From positions 137,529-201,528 of the forward strand of contig DASWWW010000002.1 of NCBI GenBank assembly GCA_036400935.1: DNA of 64,000 nt, read 5' to 3'. This document shows positions 46,063 to 55,668 of this stretch, piece after piece; within the stretch, counting starts at the first letter, position 1; each line of letters starts with the position of its first letter. The position numbers and the translations under genes were made by a program. The DNA is from Minisyncoccota bacterium. Lineage in GTDB: Bacteria; Patescibacteriota; Minisyncoccia; Phycocordibacterales; UBA6065. The notes under the pieces were generated by a model. That model was given only the letters and a program-made list of their open reading frames with translations, was not told the origin of the DNA and did no database searches.

Positions 46063-46395
46063 TTACCGATCCAAAACCCTCAACGATCGCTTGATGGTCA
46101 CAAAAGCGTACGCCCACAGGAGTGGCATCCATAGAGGCATGATTCCGAAAAGGCTGTTTCGAGTAAACGTCTCGACACCCGTGCTTATGAAAATATATTC
46201 GGAGATCGTTATGCCGATGAGGCCAAAGATGAGCGCGGCCCAGTCATTTTTCTCGCTCTTAATGAGCATCAATCCAGCGATGAATGCGACGTAAACTGCC
46301 GCAAGCGCATAATCATTGGCAATCACGGGTATAAGCCCGATCATTGCGACGATCGGAACAAAATAAAGGACCAGAGTTAAGGATTTTCTTTGCAT
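46063..46395 (-). CDS. Hypothetical membrane protein
   Basis: Four hydrophobic segments, LFGIMPLWMPLLW. Confidence 0.7.
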   Translation of the reverse strand: MQRKSLTLVLYFVPIVAMIGLIPVIANDYALAAVYVAFIAGLMLIKSEKNDWAALIFGLIGITISEYIFISTGVETFTRNSLFGIMPLWMPLLWAYAFVTIKRSLRVLDR

Positions 46396-46823
46396 GCTGA
46401 CATTATGTCCTTAATGAGCGCCGGAATATCCCCTCTGTTGAAGTGAACGAATGAGTGCCTTACACCCCGCGACCCAATGGCCTCCGACACTTTGTACATT
46501 GCCCAATTGCAAAATGATCTCGTCGGAATTTTCGAAACGTGAAAAATAGGGCTTTTGGGAATATAAAGGGCGTACGACTTCTTGCCTCTCCTATTCACTT
46601 TCCCTTTCGGCCCGAATGAATTTATGGCGACGCTTTCAAAGCGGCTCTTTGTCTTGATTTCGGCCACGCCAATCACGCGAGCAGGTTGTCTTTTCTCGAT
46701 CAGCTCAACAAGCTTTGCCATATCCTCCTTGAGCTTTCCCAAAACGAATACGTCAATTTCCGCTTCCTTGAAAGCCACGATATGCTTGTTCGTGCGAAAG
46801 GAGTAGACTAGCAGTTTTTCCAT
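46377..46823 (-). CDS. Pyroglutamyl-peptidase I (C15)-like protein, short
   Basis: RFESVAIN (Glu), SFCN (Cys), FVHF (His) in C15 order. Confidence 0.65.
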   Translation of the reverse strand: MEKLLVYSFRTNKHIVAFKEAEIDVFVLGKLKEDMAKLVELIEKRQPARVIGVAEIKTKSRFESVAINSFGPKGKVNRRGKKSYALYIPKSPIFHVSKIPTRSFCNWAMYKVSEAIGSRGVRHSFVHFNRGDIPALIKDIMSACKENP

Positions 46824-46845
46824 GCAAACATGATAGCATTAGCGC

Positions 46846-47130
46846 ATGAAAGACGATTTCAAATCTCAGCTTCTCAAGCTCAAGAACACCGGCAAGATCG
46901 CCATGCCGGCCGATTTGCGCAAGGCTCTGAATGCAAACAAGCGGGCCAACGCCACATGGAATGACCTTACAGAAATCGCTCGGCGAGACTGGATTCTGTG
47001 GGTCATATCAGGCAAGCTCGCGAAAACGCGAAAGCGCCGCATCGAGAAGGCGTGCGACATGCTCTCATCTGGAAAGCGGCGAGTATGCTGCTTTGGAGGC
47101 ATGAACTGGCTGATCAAGACGGAGCTCTAG
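46846..47130 (+). CDS. YdeI/OmpD-associated family protein
   Basis: MPADLRKAL...W.DLT..ARRDWILWV.SGK...TRKRRIEKA...L. Confidence 0.85.
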   Translation: MKDDFKSQLLKLKNTGKIAMPADLRKALNANKRANATWNDLTEIARRDWILWVISGKLAKTRKRRIEKACDMLSSGKRRVCCFGGMNWLIKTEL

Positions 47131-48572
47131 TGCACCACTCCGTTCTCGATCCTCACTACCCTCTCGAACCCGATCCTATCTACGAAATACCGATCGTGAG
47201 AGACGGCGAGGATCGCCCCTTTGTACTCGACGAGCGCGTCCTCGATGATCTCGCGCGACGCGATATCGAGATGGTTCGTGGGCTCGTCCAGGATCAGAAG
47301 CTCATTTTCCTGATTCGTCAGCTTCGCGAATATCAGGCGGACGCGCTCGCCGGAACTCAGATCCGAAACCTTTTTGAACACGTCCTCGCCCCTGAAATGG
47401 AAAGCGCCCAGTATCGCCCTCCAATCCCTTTCAGACGCCTTCATCCTTTCCGTGCTCAGGAACTCGTCCTTCACTGTCTTGGCAAGGTCGAGCCCCTCGT
47501 GCTCCTGCGCGAAATATCCGATGCGGACCTTTTTGCCAATCTTTACTTCGCCCTTGTCCTGAGGCAATTCCCCGGAAATTATCCTGAGCAGCGTTGTCTT
47601 GCCCGAGCCGTTTTGCCCCGACAGCAGCACGCGCTCCTCGCCGCGAATCTCGAGGCTGATATTCCGCAGAACAAGCCTGCCTCCGAGCGTTTTAGCCACT
47701 TCTCGGCATCGCACGATCAACTTCGCGTGATCCGCCTCTCCAGAGAGCTCCATGCCCCTGATCTTTCTGTCCGCCCTTGGCTTTGCAATCTCTTGGCTGT
47801 AGATTTCCCGCTCAAGCCTTTTCTCCATAGCCCTGATCTGCTTGCCCTTTGACGGGTCGGGATGGACCCTTGCCTCCTGCCGCTTGAGGGCAAGCCACAA
47901 TTCCAGGCGCTTCTTCTCCTTCTGCTGCCTCCAATAGCTGTCCTCCTGGCGCTCGAAGCTTTTCTCCTTCTGGATCCTGTACTCCGAATAGCCTCCCTGG
48001 TACTCAACGAAGGAATGGTTCATCGGATCGATCTCGAATATGTTGTGAACGGAATTGTCCAGGAGCTTGCGGTCGTGCGATATGACGAGAACAATCCCTT
48101 TGAATTCCTCGATGAATTTCTCGAGCCATGCCAAGCCCTGTACATCCAGATGGTTCGTGGGCTCGTCCAAAAAGAGAGCGGATGGGCTCGAGAGCAGTAT
48201 CTTTGCCAAAGCCAAACGGGTTCTTTGCCCGCCGGAAAGCTTTTGCACGGGCATGTCGGATGCAACCTTGTCGAGGCCAACTTTCTTCAGGGCGTCCTTA
48301 GCATCCGGCTCGCGCGCGGCAAGGACGCTCTGAACACTGTCTTCCGGCTTGAACGGATGCTCTTGGGCGAGGTATCCAATCCTCTCTCCCTCGATGCGAA
48401 TATCTCCAGAGTCCCCCTCGGCAAGGCCAAGTATGATCTTCATCAGTGTCGATTTCCCGCAACCGTTCGGCCCCACGAGCCCTACCTTGTCGCCCTTGTG
48501 CAACGCGAAGGAGACCCCCTCGAACAGAGGATCGCCCAATACGCTTTTTGCCAATTTCTTAACGATAATCAT
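47127..48572 (-). CDS. ABC-F family ATPase (ribosome-associated)
   Basis: Two ABC domains (GPNGCGKS/LSGGQ/LDEPTNHLD; GQNGSGKT/LSSGE/LDEPTNHLD), no TM, helical linker. Confidence 0.93.
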   Translation of the reverse strand: MIIVKKLAKSVLGDPLFEGVSFALHKGDKVGLVGPNGCGKSTLMKIILGLAEGDSGDIRIEGERIGYLAQEHPFKPEDSVQSVLAAREPDAKDALKKVGLDKVASDMPVQKLSGGQRTRLALAKILLSSPSALFLDEPTNHLDVQGLAWLEKFIEEFKGIVLVISHDRKLLDNSVHNIFEIDPMNHSFVEYQGGYSEYRIQKEKSFERQEDSYWRQQKEKKRLELWLALKRQEARVHPDPSKGKQIRAMEKRLEREIYSQEIAKPRADRKIRGMELSGEADHAKLIVRCREVAKTLGGRLVLRNISLEIRGEERVLLSGQNGSGKTTLLRIISGELPQDKGEVKIGKKVRIGYFAQEHEGLDLAKTVKDEFLSTERMKASERDWRAILGAFHFRGEDVFKKVSDLSSGERVRLIFAKLTNQENELLILDEPTNHLDIASREIIEDALVEYKGAILAVSHDRYFVDRIGFERVVRIENGVVH

Positions 48573-48592
48573 TGTGTTGGAATTAGAAAATT

Positions 48593-48620
48593 AAAAACCC
48601 AGCCGAGGAGCTGGGTTTTT
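48593..48620 (-). terminator. Attenuator terminator upstream of ABC-F
   Basis: AAAAACCCAGC-TCCTCG-GCTGGGTTTTT-AATTTT, 20 nt before the ATG. Confidence 0.8.
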
Positions 48621-48651
48621 CTTAAAAATCTTTCATGTGCCGCTTGTCCGC

Positions 48652-48741
48652 CTATGATTTTTGAGTTTTTACCCAGCTCGAAAAAGCGCACGGAGTTGCT
48701 CCCTTGAAGTTCTTTAGATATATGCACGCTTTCACTTTCAT
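48652..48741 (-). CDS. Putative leader peptide (uORF) MKVKACIYLKNFKGATPCAFSSWVKTQKS
   Basis: ATG 7 nt after TAGGAT; contains GAGCTGGGT complementary to the 5' arm of the terminator. Confidence 0.55.
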   Translation of the reverse strand: MKVKACIYLKNFKGATPCAFSSWVKTQKS

Positions 48742-48932
48742 ACCAGGAATCCTACAGCAATCTCGTGATAAAATCCAACATACGTATAATCATCTTCCTT
48801 ATCTCAGCGCTAATGCGAAAAATCCCTACATGAAGTGGGGATTTTTCGTATTAACGGGGATTGTGGGTTCAGCACCGGTTATAAGCTAACCCTGTCAGCA
48901 ATACAAATTGTAGTGCACGACTCGAATCAGGC

Positions 48933-51900
48933 CTAGTAATCAAAACTTCCCTTACCATCGAGCTCTACAGCCCCCGTCTTGCATCCGACAAGCATATTCA
49001 GAAACTTATTGGTCGTTTTGTATTTATAGCCAGTGCCCTCTGAAAGGTTCCATGGCTTGAGCATTGCGTCTGAGAACTCTTCCTGAAAACGCCCAAGGGA
49101 CGCCTCGAACCCAGTATCAAACGATATATCGATTGCCCCGCTATAGAATCCAAGCCCTGAAAGCAGAGACTTTGCGCGAGACACCTCCGTTGAACGCGGA
49201 TTCACCGAAACACTGTTGTATTCAGTAAAAGCAGGGCATTCTGATGTCTGGGCGCACTTAATTGAATTTATCTTGAGAAGCGTCGTTCGATAGACATAGC
49301 CAGTCGGCTCAGAGATTCCCCAGATCAAGAGCACCTCGGTCTTATATTTCTTCTGAAAGCGCTTGACGGCTTCGACGTCTGCAGGTGAATACACGCCATC
49401 GACCGAAAGACTTTCACCCTGCGTGTCATTAAGAAACTCTTCGAGCCTCCTAACCTCCGAAGGATCATTCTGGCCCCCATAAGCGACGTATCCCTTCATA
49501 TAGGGCGCGCAAGAACCTTGCGGGACAGATGCGGCGGAACTCTGAAAAAAAAGGTGTGCCCACTGTTTTTTGAGGACATCTGCTTCAGCGGTCCTTCCCA
49601 TAGCAATGAGGTTCGCGACAAGGGACTGCACTGACGATCCGCTCCTATTGTTGCTCGACTGCGCCTGGGAGCCGAATAGGGCAAAGATGGAGAAATGGGG
49701 AGCGGTACACTCGATGCGATTGCCGGCCGTATCAACGTCACAGCTATCGAGCGCACTCCATGCGCCGTTACTGTAGTGGTAAAGCCAGAGGGACGACTCG
49801 CTGATGTTTGATATTTCGCTGTCCGTGTACTCGTACGAAATCGTCACCGGGTGGTCAAACGAGTCGAGGATCGTCGTGCCGTTTATTACCGCCTTTACAT
49901 CGAATACCGTAGCGCCGACTTCGTTTGGTTTAGCGTCAGGGCGCCCAATCATGCCGAGCACGTTGTCGCTCGGCACGGCCTTCACTTGTATGACAAGAGA
50001 CGAGGAGGTCGCCGTAACATTCGCAGGCAGAGACACCGTGAATGTCTTGCCCCCTTCTTGCATGGTAGAGACACCTCCGGAGCTCGACGTTATGCTCGCA
50101 GAAGTAGCCTGTGTCGGCGCCGAAGAATACTCACAGCCCGCCGTCGTGAACGTCGCATCAGTTGAAGTCGCGACATTCCCCGCCGCGTCGCTAGAGACCG
50201 TTGCGTAGTGATAGATCGCACAAGCTGCAAGCGGGGAAAGAGAAACGCTGTGGGAGGTGACGCGCGGCGACGTGTTTGACTCTGGCGTTGTAGAACCGTA
50301 CGCAGAGGTCAACCCGAACGCGACCCTCGTCGAAGCCGCTTCGTTCGTCGCCCACGCGACTCCCGCAGAGCTGCTCGCAGTTGAGGAAGCTGTCACGCTT
50401 GAAATCACCGGCGCGCTTGAATCGGCGGTGGTGAAGCTCCATCCCGTGGCGTTCGTTATGCCCGGGAAGTAATCGTCATCGGCGTCCTTAAATGCGGTCG
50501 AGGGGATCTGAACGTAATATTCAATGCCGTCATCGAGGGAATTCGCAGGATTGATAGTGATGGTATCAGTTCCGCTGCCGCTCACCTGCCCGCTCCCCAC
50601 TGGTATAGTTTCAACGATCGAATTATCAGACGCCTTCTTGATGAGGATGTCTCCGGTACCTACCGTTACCGAGGTGCTCAACGTTATGACTAGATTCGTG
50701 TTTCCGTTGACCCCTACGGCATTGTCGACCGGTGACAGACCTTCTGCGGCAGGATTCTCCGTCGACGCGAGTGTAAAGAGTCCTCCTGCCCCAAAATCTA
50801 CCGCCACGCGCCACGCATCGCCTCCCTGATCACTCATACCCTGGGGAACCTCGTCGCTCAAGCTGCCGTCGTTATCGGAGTCGTACACGAAATAATAGAC
50901 GCCGCCGTCAAGGGTGTCGGGAATATTCATATTTGAGTTCGCGACGTTAAAATCCATGCGAACGAATCCTACGTCGCCCTGCTCCTGCTTCTTCCATTTA
51001 CGCTCAAGAATGCTGTAGCCAGAAGGCGCCCCCGTCGTTGTCCACGACGCCGCGCCACCGTTATCCCCAAAGACGAGAAACTCCAGATCGTCCATGTCCT
51101 CAAAATCGGGCACGAGGTTTGTGCCTTCGTTGACGGCCTCCACCGTGATCACAGTTGTCGAGTTCTGCCCCCTCGACTTTATCTGGCTGAGGTTCGACGC
51201 GTCGTCGCGCCCGATGCCAAACAGGTCGTTGTCATAGGTGCTCGCATCCGCTGCGTCCTTGTCCCACATGAGGTTGCTACCGCTCGCAAGGTAACTTTGC
51301 GCGGTACCCTGATCAAGGCTGAAGCCGTACTTGAGGGCGAGATACGAGTTGATACGCTGCCGCTCGGTGGCCGTTACGAGCCGGTCATAGTAGATAACCT
51401 CCGAAATATTGCCGTCCCAATATTCGTCGCCACGCGAATTGGAGCCTATCTTCACGCTGCCGCTTAGAGACGTGTTTACGTTTCCTCCGCTTCCCTGCAC
51501 GGGAACACTGCCGTTTACTGCGATATACAGGGGGCCGCCATTCACCGCGCCGTATGCGAGGCGAGCAGTACCATAGGGAGTCCAGCTGCCAGTGATCGCT
51601 TCCTGCGAACTGTGCGTGGTGATAAAGACCGACGCGCTGTTCGAGTTGTGCCCAAAATCGAATCCAGCACCTCCACCGAACGTGCCTGCACCGAGGACGT
51701 AACGCCAACCGCCGGAATCGGCAGAGGCGACCACGAAAATAGAACGGTCGCCCGAACCGCTTACGAGGCCCGTATCACTTGCCTGGTATCGGCCATCAGT
51801 GAAATTGAGCGTTGGATTGAAATTGAGACCATTTTCGCTATAGACCGCGCTTCCGGCTGAACGGGTCGCATCGCGATTATTTGCAGACTGGTCCTCCCAT

Positions 51901-52088
51901 GTCTCTATCTGCTCGTTATCAGCTGCCGCATTCCCGCCCGAATCTTTGGCACCGCTGTCGGCCGAGAACCAGAACTCAAGGCCACTTTCCACACCAGCGG
52001 GCCCGGCGGCAAATGCGATAGGCGAAAAAATAGAGCTGATTGCAGCTGTCACCGTTACCGCCAAAAGAAAAAAGCCCCGACGTCTCAT
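48933..52088 (-). CDS. Large secreted multidomain protein (LamG-like, Ig-like, FN3-like, peptidoglycan-binding)
   Basis: Signal peptide; WDGNISEVIYYDR...RINSYLALKYG; SPVDNA...YYVQIPSTAF; VAWATNE; HFSIFAL; C-terminal PG-binding repeats (AVKRFQ). Confidence 0.85.
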   Translation of the reverse strand: MRRRGFFLLAVTVTAAISSIFSPIAFAAGPAGVESGLEFWFSADSGAKDSGGNAAADNEQIETWEDQSANNRDATRSAGSAVYSENGLNFNPTLNFTDGRYQASDTGLVSGSGDRSIFVVASADSGGWRYVLGAGTFGGGAGFDFGHNSNSASVFITTHSSQEAITGSWTPYGTARLAYGAVNGGPLYIAVNGSVPVQGSGGNVNTSLSGSVKIGSNSRGDEYWDGNISEVIYYDRLVTATERQRINSYLALKYGFSLDQGTAQSYLASGSNLMWDKDAADASTYDNDLFGIGRDDASNLSQIKSRGQNSTTVITVEAVNEGTNLVPDFEDMDDLEFLVFGDNGGAASWTTTGAPSGYSILERKWKKQEQGDVGFVRMDFNVANSNMNIPDTLDGGVYYFVYDSDNDGSLSDEVPQGMSDQGGDAWRVAVDFGAGGLFTLASTENPAAEGLSPVDNAVGVNGNTNLVITLSTSVTVGTGDILIKKASDNSIVETIPVGSGQVSGSGTDTITINPANSLDDGIEYYVQIPSTAFKDADDDYFPGITNATGWSFTTADSSAPVISSVTASSTASSSAGVAWATNEAASTRVAFGLTSAYGSTTPESNTSPRVTSHSVSLSPLAACAIYHYATVSSDAAGNVATSTDATFTTAGCEYSSAPTQATSASITSSSGGVSTMQEGGKTFTVSLPANVTATSSSLVIQVKAVPSDNVLGMIGRPDAKPNEVGATVFDVKAVINGTTILDSFDHPVTISYEYTDSEISNISESSLWLYHYSNGAWSALDSCDVDTAGNRIECTAPHFSIFALFGSQAQSSNNRSGSSVQSLVANLIAMGRTAEADVLKKQWAHLFFQSSAASVPQGSCAPYMKGYVAYGGQNDPSEVRRLEEFLNDTQGESLSVDGVYSPADVEAVKRFQKKYKTEVLLIWGISEPTGYVYRTTLLKINSIKCAQTSECPAFTEYNSVSVNPRSTEVSRAKSLLSGLGFYSGAIDISFDTGFEASLGRFQEEFSDAMLKPWNLSEGTGYKYKTTNKFLNMLVGCKTGAVELDGKGSFDY

Positions 52089-52213
52089 TATGGTGAATAG
52101 TATAGCAACCATTGAGGCTTCGGACAACGAACCAGATTGACGGCACCAAGCAACTTCATATGAAAACTCAAGATATCCACATTCGGGTCACTCCGAAACA
52201 AAGTTTTTTGTAG

Positions 52214-52300
52214 CGGAGAGAGGGGGATTCGAACCCCCGGTGCCATTTCTGACACACAGTCTTTCCAGGACTGCGCATTAGACCACTCTGCCATCTCTCC
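52214..52300 (-). tRNA. tRNA-Ser(GGA), long variable arm, CCA not encoded
   Basis: GGAGAGATGGCAGAGTGGTCTAATGCGCAGTCCTGGAAAGACTG...GGGGGTTCGAATCCCCCTCTCTCCG. Confidence 0.96.
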
Positions 52301-52331
52301 TTTCCGTCGCGGGCAAACTGCCGCGACTATC

Positions 52332-53204
52332 CTACCACGATCCGCTGGAACCTCCACCGCCGGACGAGCCGCCGCCGAATCCGCCAAAGCCTCCGCGGCC
52401 GCTCGAGCCGCCTCCCCCGAGGAACCAGAAGTGCGGGCCGCTGCCGCCTTTGTCCTTGAAAAACTTTCCGGCAAAGCGCGACAGGAGGAAATCTACTACA
52501 AGTCCTATCACTGCCGCAATGACGGCGCCGACGACGCTGAGGAATATGATGCCGGCGACAAAGCCGACCACGCCGCCGAGCCACCACGACCTCGATCGCG
52601 CCATGACGCCAACGAGGTTCGCGATGACGATGAGAACGAACACGACTATCTCTGGGCTGACGTACTTGCCCCAATCGCGGCCAGCGTCATTCACGCTCGC
52701 CATGACCGTCGGATCGCCCTCAACGAGGCCGATCATCTGATTGACCGCGGCGTCGACGCCTTCGTAGTACTTGCCCTCCTTGAAAGCCGGAGTGATGACC
52801 GTCCGGATGATAGTCGACGCCTGGGCATCGGTGATAGTTCCCTCCAGCCCGTACCCAACCTCAATGCGGACCTGCCGCTCTGTCGGAGCGATCAGCAAGA
52901 GAAGGCCGTTGTCCGCGCGCTCCTGGCCGATGCCCCATTCCTCGAACAGCTTTACGGCATACGTCTCGATCGTCTCGTCGCCCAGAGACGGCACGGTAAC
53001 GACAGAAAACTGCACGCCGGCGGGGCGCTCGAAGTTCCCTATCTTATTCTCGAGAGCTGCGCGCTGCTCGACGGTGAAAAGATTCGCGAAGTCGTTCACG
53101 AATCCCTTCGGCTTGCCCGGGCTCTGATATGCCAAGGCGGCGTTCGCGCAAGCGAACGCCGCGATCACGGCAAAGCAGACATATGTGCGGGCTTTTCTAA
53201 ACAT
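52332..53204 (-). CDS. TPM-domain membrane protein (YgcG-like)
   Basis: VNDFANL, WGIGQ...DNGLLLLIA...VRIEVGYGLEG, GGGSSGGGGSSGSW tail. Confidence 0.93.
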   Translation of the reverse strand: MFRKARTYVCFAVIAAFACANAALAYQSPGKPKGFVNDFANLFTVEQRAALENKIGNFERPAGVQFSVVTVPSLGDETIETYAVKLFEEWGIGQERADNGLLLLIAPTERQVRIEVGYGLEGTITDAQASTIIRTVITPAFKEGKYYEGVDAAVNQMIGLVEGDPTVMASVNDAGRDWGKYVSPEIVVFVLIVIANLVGVMARSRSWWLGGVVGFVAGIIFLSVVGAVIAAVIGLVVDFLLSRFAGKFFKDKGGSGPHFWFLGGGGSSGRGGFGGFGGGSSGGGGSSGSW

Positions 53205-53221
53205 GAGCCTAATTTATTGCA

Positions 53222-54127
53222 TTACCCTTCCAAGCAATTTTCGTTCCCATAGAGCCAGAGAGGCAAAATGTACAGAGGGTTTTGCTGCTTGCGCATATCG
53301 TCCCTCTTGAAGAATTCGACATTTACGTTGCAGACCGGCGATTTCGAGAGGTCGAGGGTCGCCGTGAAATCGACGAACTCGCCCGACATCCAATTGTCGC
53401 CCCTCTCACCCGGCACTCGTCTTGCGAGCGTCTGGGATATAACCTGCCTCTTTCCGTCCGGGAAGTATGAGACGCGAATATCGAACTCGCCTTCGCCGAA
53501 TATGCCGCGAGCCTTACCGGCTACGGCAACTGGCTTGCCAAGGTCCACCCTGGCATTCGGCGCAGGAGAATCGACGACGATGACCGGAGATCCAGAAACC
53601 TTGAACGAGGACAAGCTGCGTCCGACGTACTCTCGAGAGCCCGCAGGATATACCTCGATCCGATAATTGTTAGCGGTATCCTCAGAGGTTACCGTCCACT
53701 TGTATGCGCCACTCGCAGCGGCAGGAACGCCTCCGGCGATTATTTTCGTATACGCCTGGCCATTTGTAGAAGTAACTATGAGCGCGATAAGCAAATCTTC
53801 CTTTCCGAGATAATTCTCCCAAGTGACATCGTATGTCTTGCCAATCTCTAGGGTCTCGCCCCCATTAGGCGACACGACCCGGATCTTGTCGGATTCCTGG
53901 GCAAAGCCAGCTCCAGAAGACACAGGCAAAGTACGCTGAGCGGGCTCCTTTCCGATTTCTGTTACAGGCATTTCATCTGCGACGACAGTCTCTGAGACTG
54001 TCGTGCTTCCCGCGCTTTCAGTATCTGCCGCATTCCTGAGATACGCCCAAGCGCCGGATGCTACAAGCAGCACAATTGCCGCAATGACTATCGCCCAGAT
54101 AAGGGGCTTGCTGCTGGTCTGTTCCAT
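53222..54127 (-). CDS. Membrane-anchored protein with Ig-like and Gmad2-like domains
   Basis: N-terminal TM; VVSPNGGETL...YDVTW...GAYKWTV; GKARGIFGEGEF...WMS..VDFTATL. Confidence 0.75.
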   Translation of the reverse strand: MEQTSSKPLIWAIVIAAIVLLVASGAWAYLRNAADTESAGSTTVSETVVADEMPVTEIGKEPAQRTLPVSSGAGFAQESDKIRVVSPNGGETLEIGKTYDVTWENYLGKEDLLIALIVTSTNGQAYTKIIAGGVPAAASGAYKWTVTSEDTANNYRIEVYPAGSREYVGRSLSSFKVSGSPVIVVDSPAPNARVDLGKPVAVAGKARGIFGEGEFDIRVSYFPDGKRQVISQTLARRVPGERGDNWMSGEFVDFTATLDLSKSPVCNVNVEFFKRDDMRKQQNPLYILPLWLYGNENCLEG

Positions 54128-54154
54128 ATTTGATTTTTAGCGTCTAAATAGAGA

Positions 54155-54709
54155 CTAGAATTCTACCGTCGGAGCGACTTCTGTTCCCGCGGCGGCCTCG
54201 AAATAAGATCGGGAGTCGAATCCGGTTACAGATGCCACGAGCGAGCTCGGGAATCGGGATACGACAAGGTTATACGATCGGACGTCCTCGTTGTATCGGC
54301 CTCGCTCTGTCGAGATGCGGTTCTCAGTTCCCTCGATCTGAGCCTGAAGGGTCTGGACGTTGGCAGACGACTGGAGCTGAGGGTAATTCTCCATGACTAC
54401 GAGCAATCGCGCGAACGAGGACTCTACCTCGCTTGCCGCTGCTGCCTTTGCGTCTGGGGTGGTCGCGCCCGCATATCGGGTTCGTGCGTCGGCGATCGCG
54501 CCGAATACTGCCGTCTCCTGCTTCATGACGCCCTTTACCGCGTTCACGAGGTTAGGAATAAGGTCGAAGCGCCTCTGATACTGGGTTTCCACCTGGGCCC
54601 ACTGCGCGTCTGCTGCGGTTCGAGCCGTTACGAGCCTGTTATAGGTCATCGCGAAGTAACCGACCAGGATGACGACGACCGCTATGATGATTATTGTTGA
54701 TTTTTTCAT
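54155..54709 (-). CDS. lemA: LemA family protein
   Basis: YNRLV, QYQRRFDLIPNLV, ENYPQL, TENRI..ER.RYN. Confidence 0.95.
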   Translation of the reverse strand: MKKSTIIIIAVVVILVGYFAMTYNRLVTARTAADAQWAQVETQYQRRFDLIPNLVNAVKGVMKQETAVFGAIADARTRYAGATTPDAKAAAASEVESSFARLLVVMENYPQLQSSANVQTLQAQIEGTENRISTERGRYNEDVRSYNLVVSRFPSSLVASVTGFDSRSYFEAAAGTEVAPTVEF

Positions 54710-54778
54710 GACCCCCTCATTATACAGCAAATAAAAAACCGCACCTCAATGGCGCGGCGATGAAAATCCATGCAATCA

Positions 54779-54925
54779 CTAGGCCTCGGGAGGATCCTGA
54801 GTGTCCTCGTAGGAAGGATTTTTCTTTCCCGACATGGCGAAGCCAAGGATCAGGAGGATTACGGTTGCAGGAAGGGCGAAAATAAGCCAGAAGTACATAT
54901 TGATTTGCTCAAAGCTTACACCCAT
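54779..54925 (-). CDS. Small single-TM protein
   Basis: YFWLIFALPATVILLILGFAM; start at 54925 or 54898. Confidence 0.4.
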   Translation of the reverse strand: MGVSFEQINMYFWLIFALPATVILLILGFAMSGKKNPSYEDTQDPPEA

Positions 54926-54990
54926 TGACACATCAATGCAAGTCGTGGTGTGAATTAAAAATTCGCCCGTAACCAGGGCGAATCGACTTG

Positions 54991-55287
54991 CTATGCGGCA
55001 ACAGCCGCCAGGCGAGAATGATGACCCCGAAGCCAATAGGCCTCAGGCCGAGGTTCAGTTTCCCACAGAAGAGGAACCTCGATCTTGACATAGCCCTGAC
55101 CGGGATCACAGACGGAGTCGCCTTTGCGCGTCCACATCCATCCATCCTTATCGAAGACCACTGTCTCGCCAGCAAAGAAAAAGAACTGCGAGGCAAGATC
55201 GGGAAACTGCCCCAATTCAGCCTGCAACTCGAAGCTATCTGATAACGGACCAGTAGTAGCTTGCATTACATCGCTATTATGCAACAA
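54991..55287 (-). CDS. Hypothetical protein
   Basis: 98-aa ORF divergent from secG; start uncertain. Confidence 0.4.
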   Translation of the reverse strand: MLHNSDVMQATTGPLSDSFELQAELGQFPDLASQFFFFAGETVVFDKDGWMWTRKGDSVCDPGQGYVKIEVPLLWETEPRPEAYWLRGHHSRLAAVAA

Positions 55288-55375
55288 ATTACCCCAAATG
55301 CAAGAAAGCTTTCGGGTCGCCCGCCAACCCTCCTATATATTGCAAAAACCGCCTACTTATGATATCTTTATACCC

Positions 55376-55609
55376 ATGAGTACGATTTCTAGCGTAATGC
55401 CGTATATTCAGATAGCCATTTCAGCGCTTCTTATCCTCGCGATCCTCCTTCAGCACTCTGGTGCTCAGAACGGCGGCGCTCTTGGAGGCGGTGACAACAA
55501 CAGCTCGGTTTTCCACACTCGCCGAGGGCCTGAAAAATTCCTCTTCATCGCAACGATCGTCTTGGGCGTGCTTTTTGCAGCTACGTCTCTCGTCTCGCTT
55601 GTCCGCTAG
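55376..55609 (+). CDS. secG: Preprotein translocase subunit SecG
   Basis: LILAILLQ...GGALGG...HTRRGPEKFLFIATIVL. Confidence 0.93.
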   Translation: MSTISSVMPYIQIAISALLILAILLQHSGAQNGGALGGGDNNSSVFHTRRGPEKFLFIATIVLGVLFAATSLVSLVR

Positions 55610-55668
55610 CTCAAGCGTACTCTCTTTAACTTACATAATACTGTCTCATTACAGACAGCCTCTCATAC

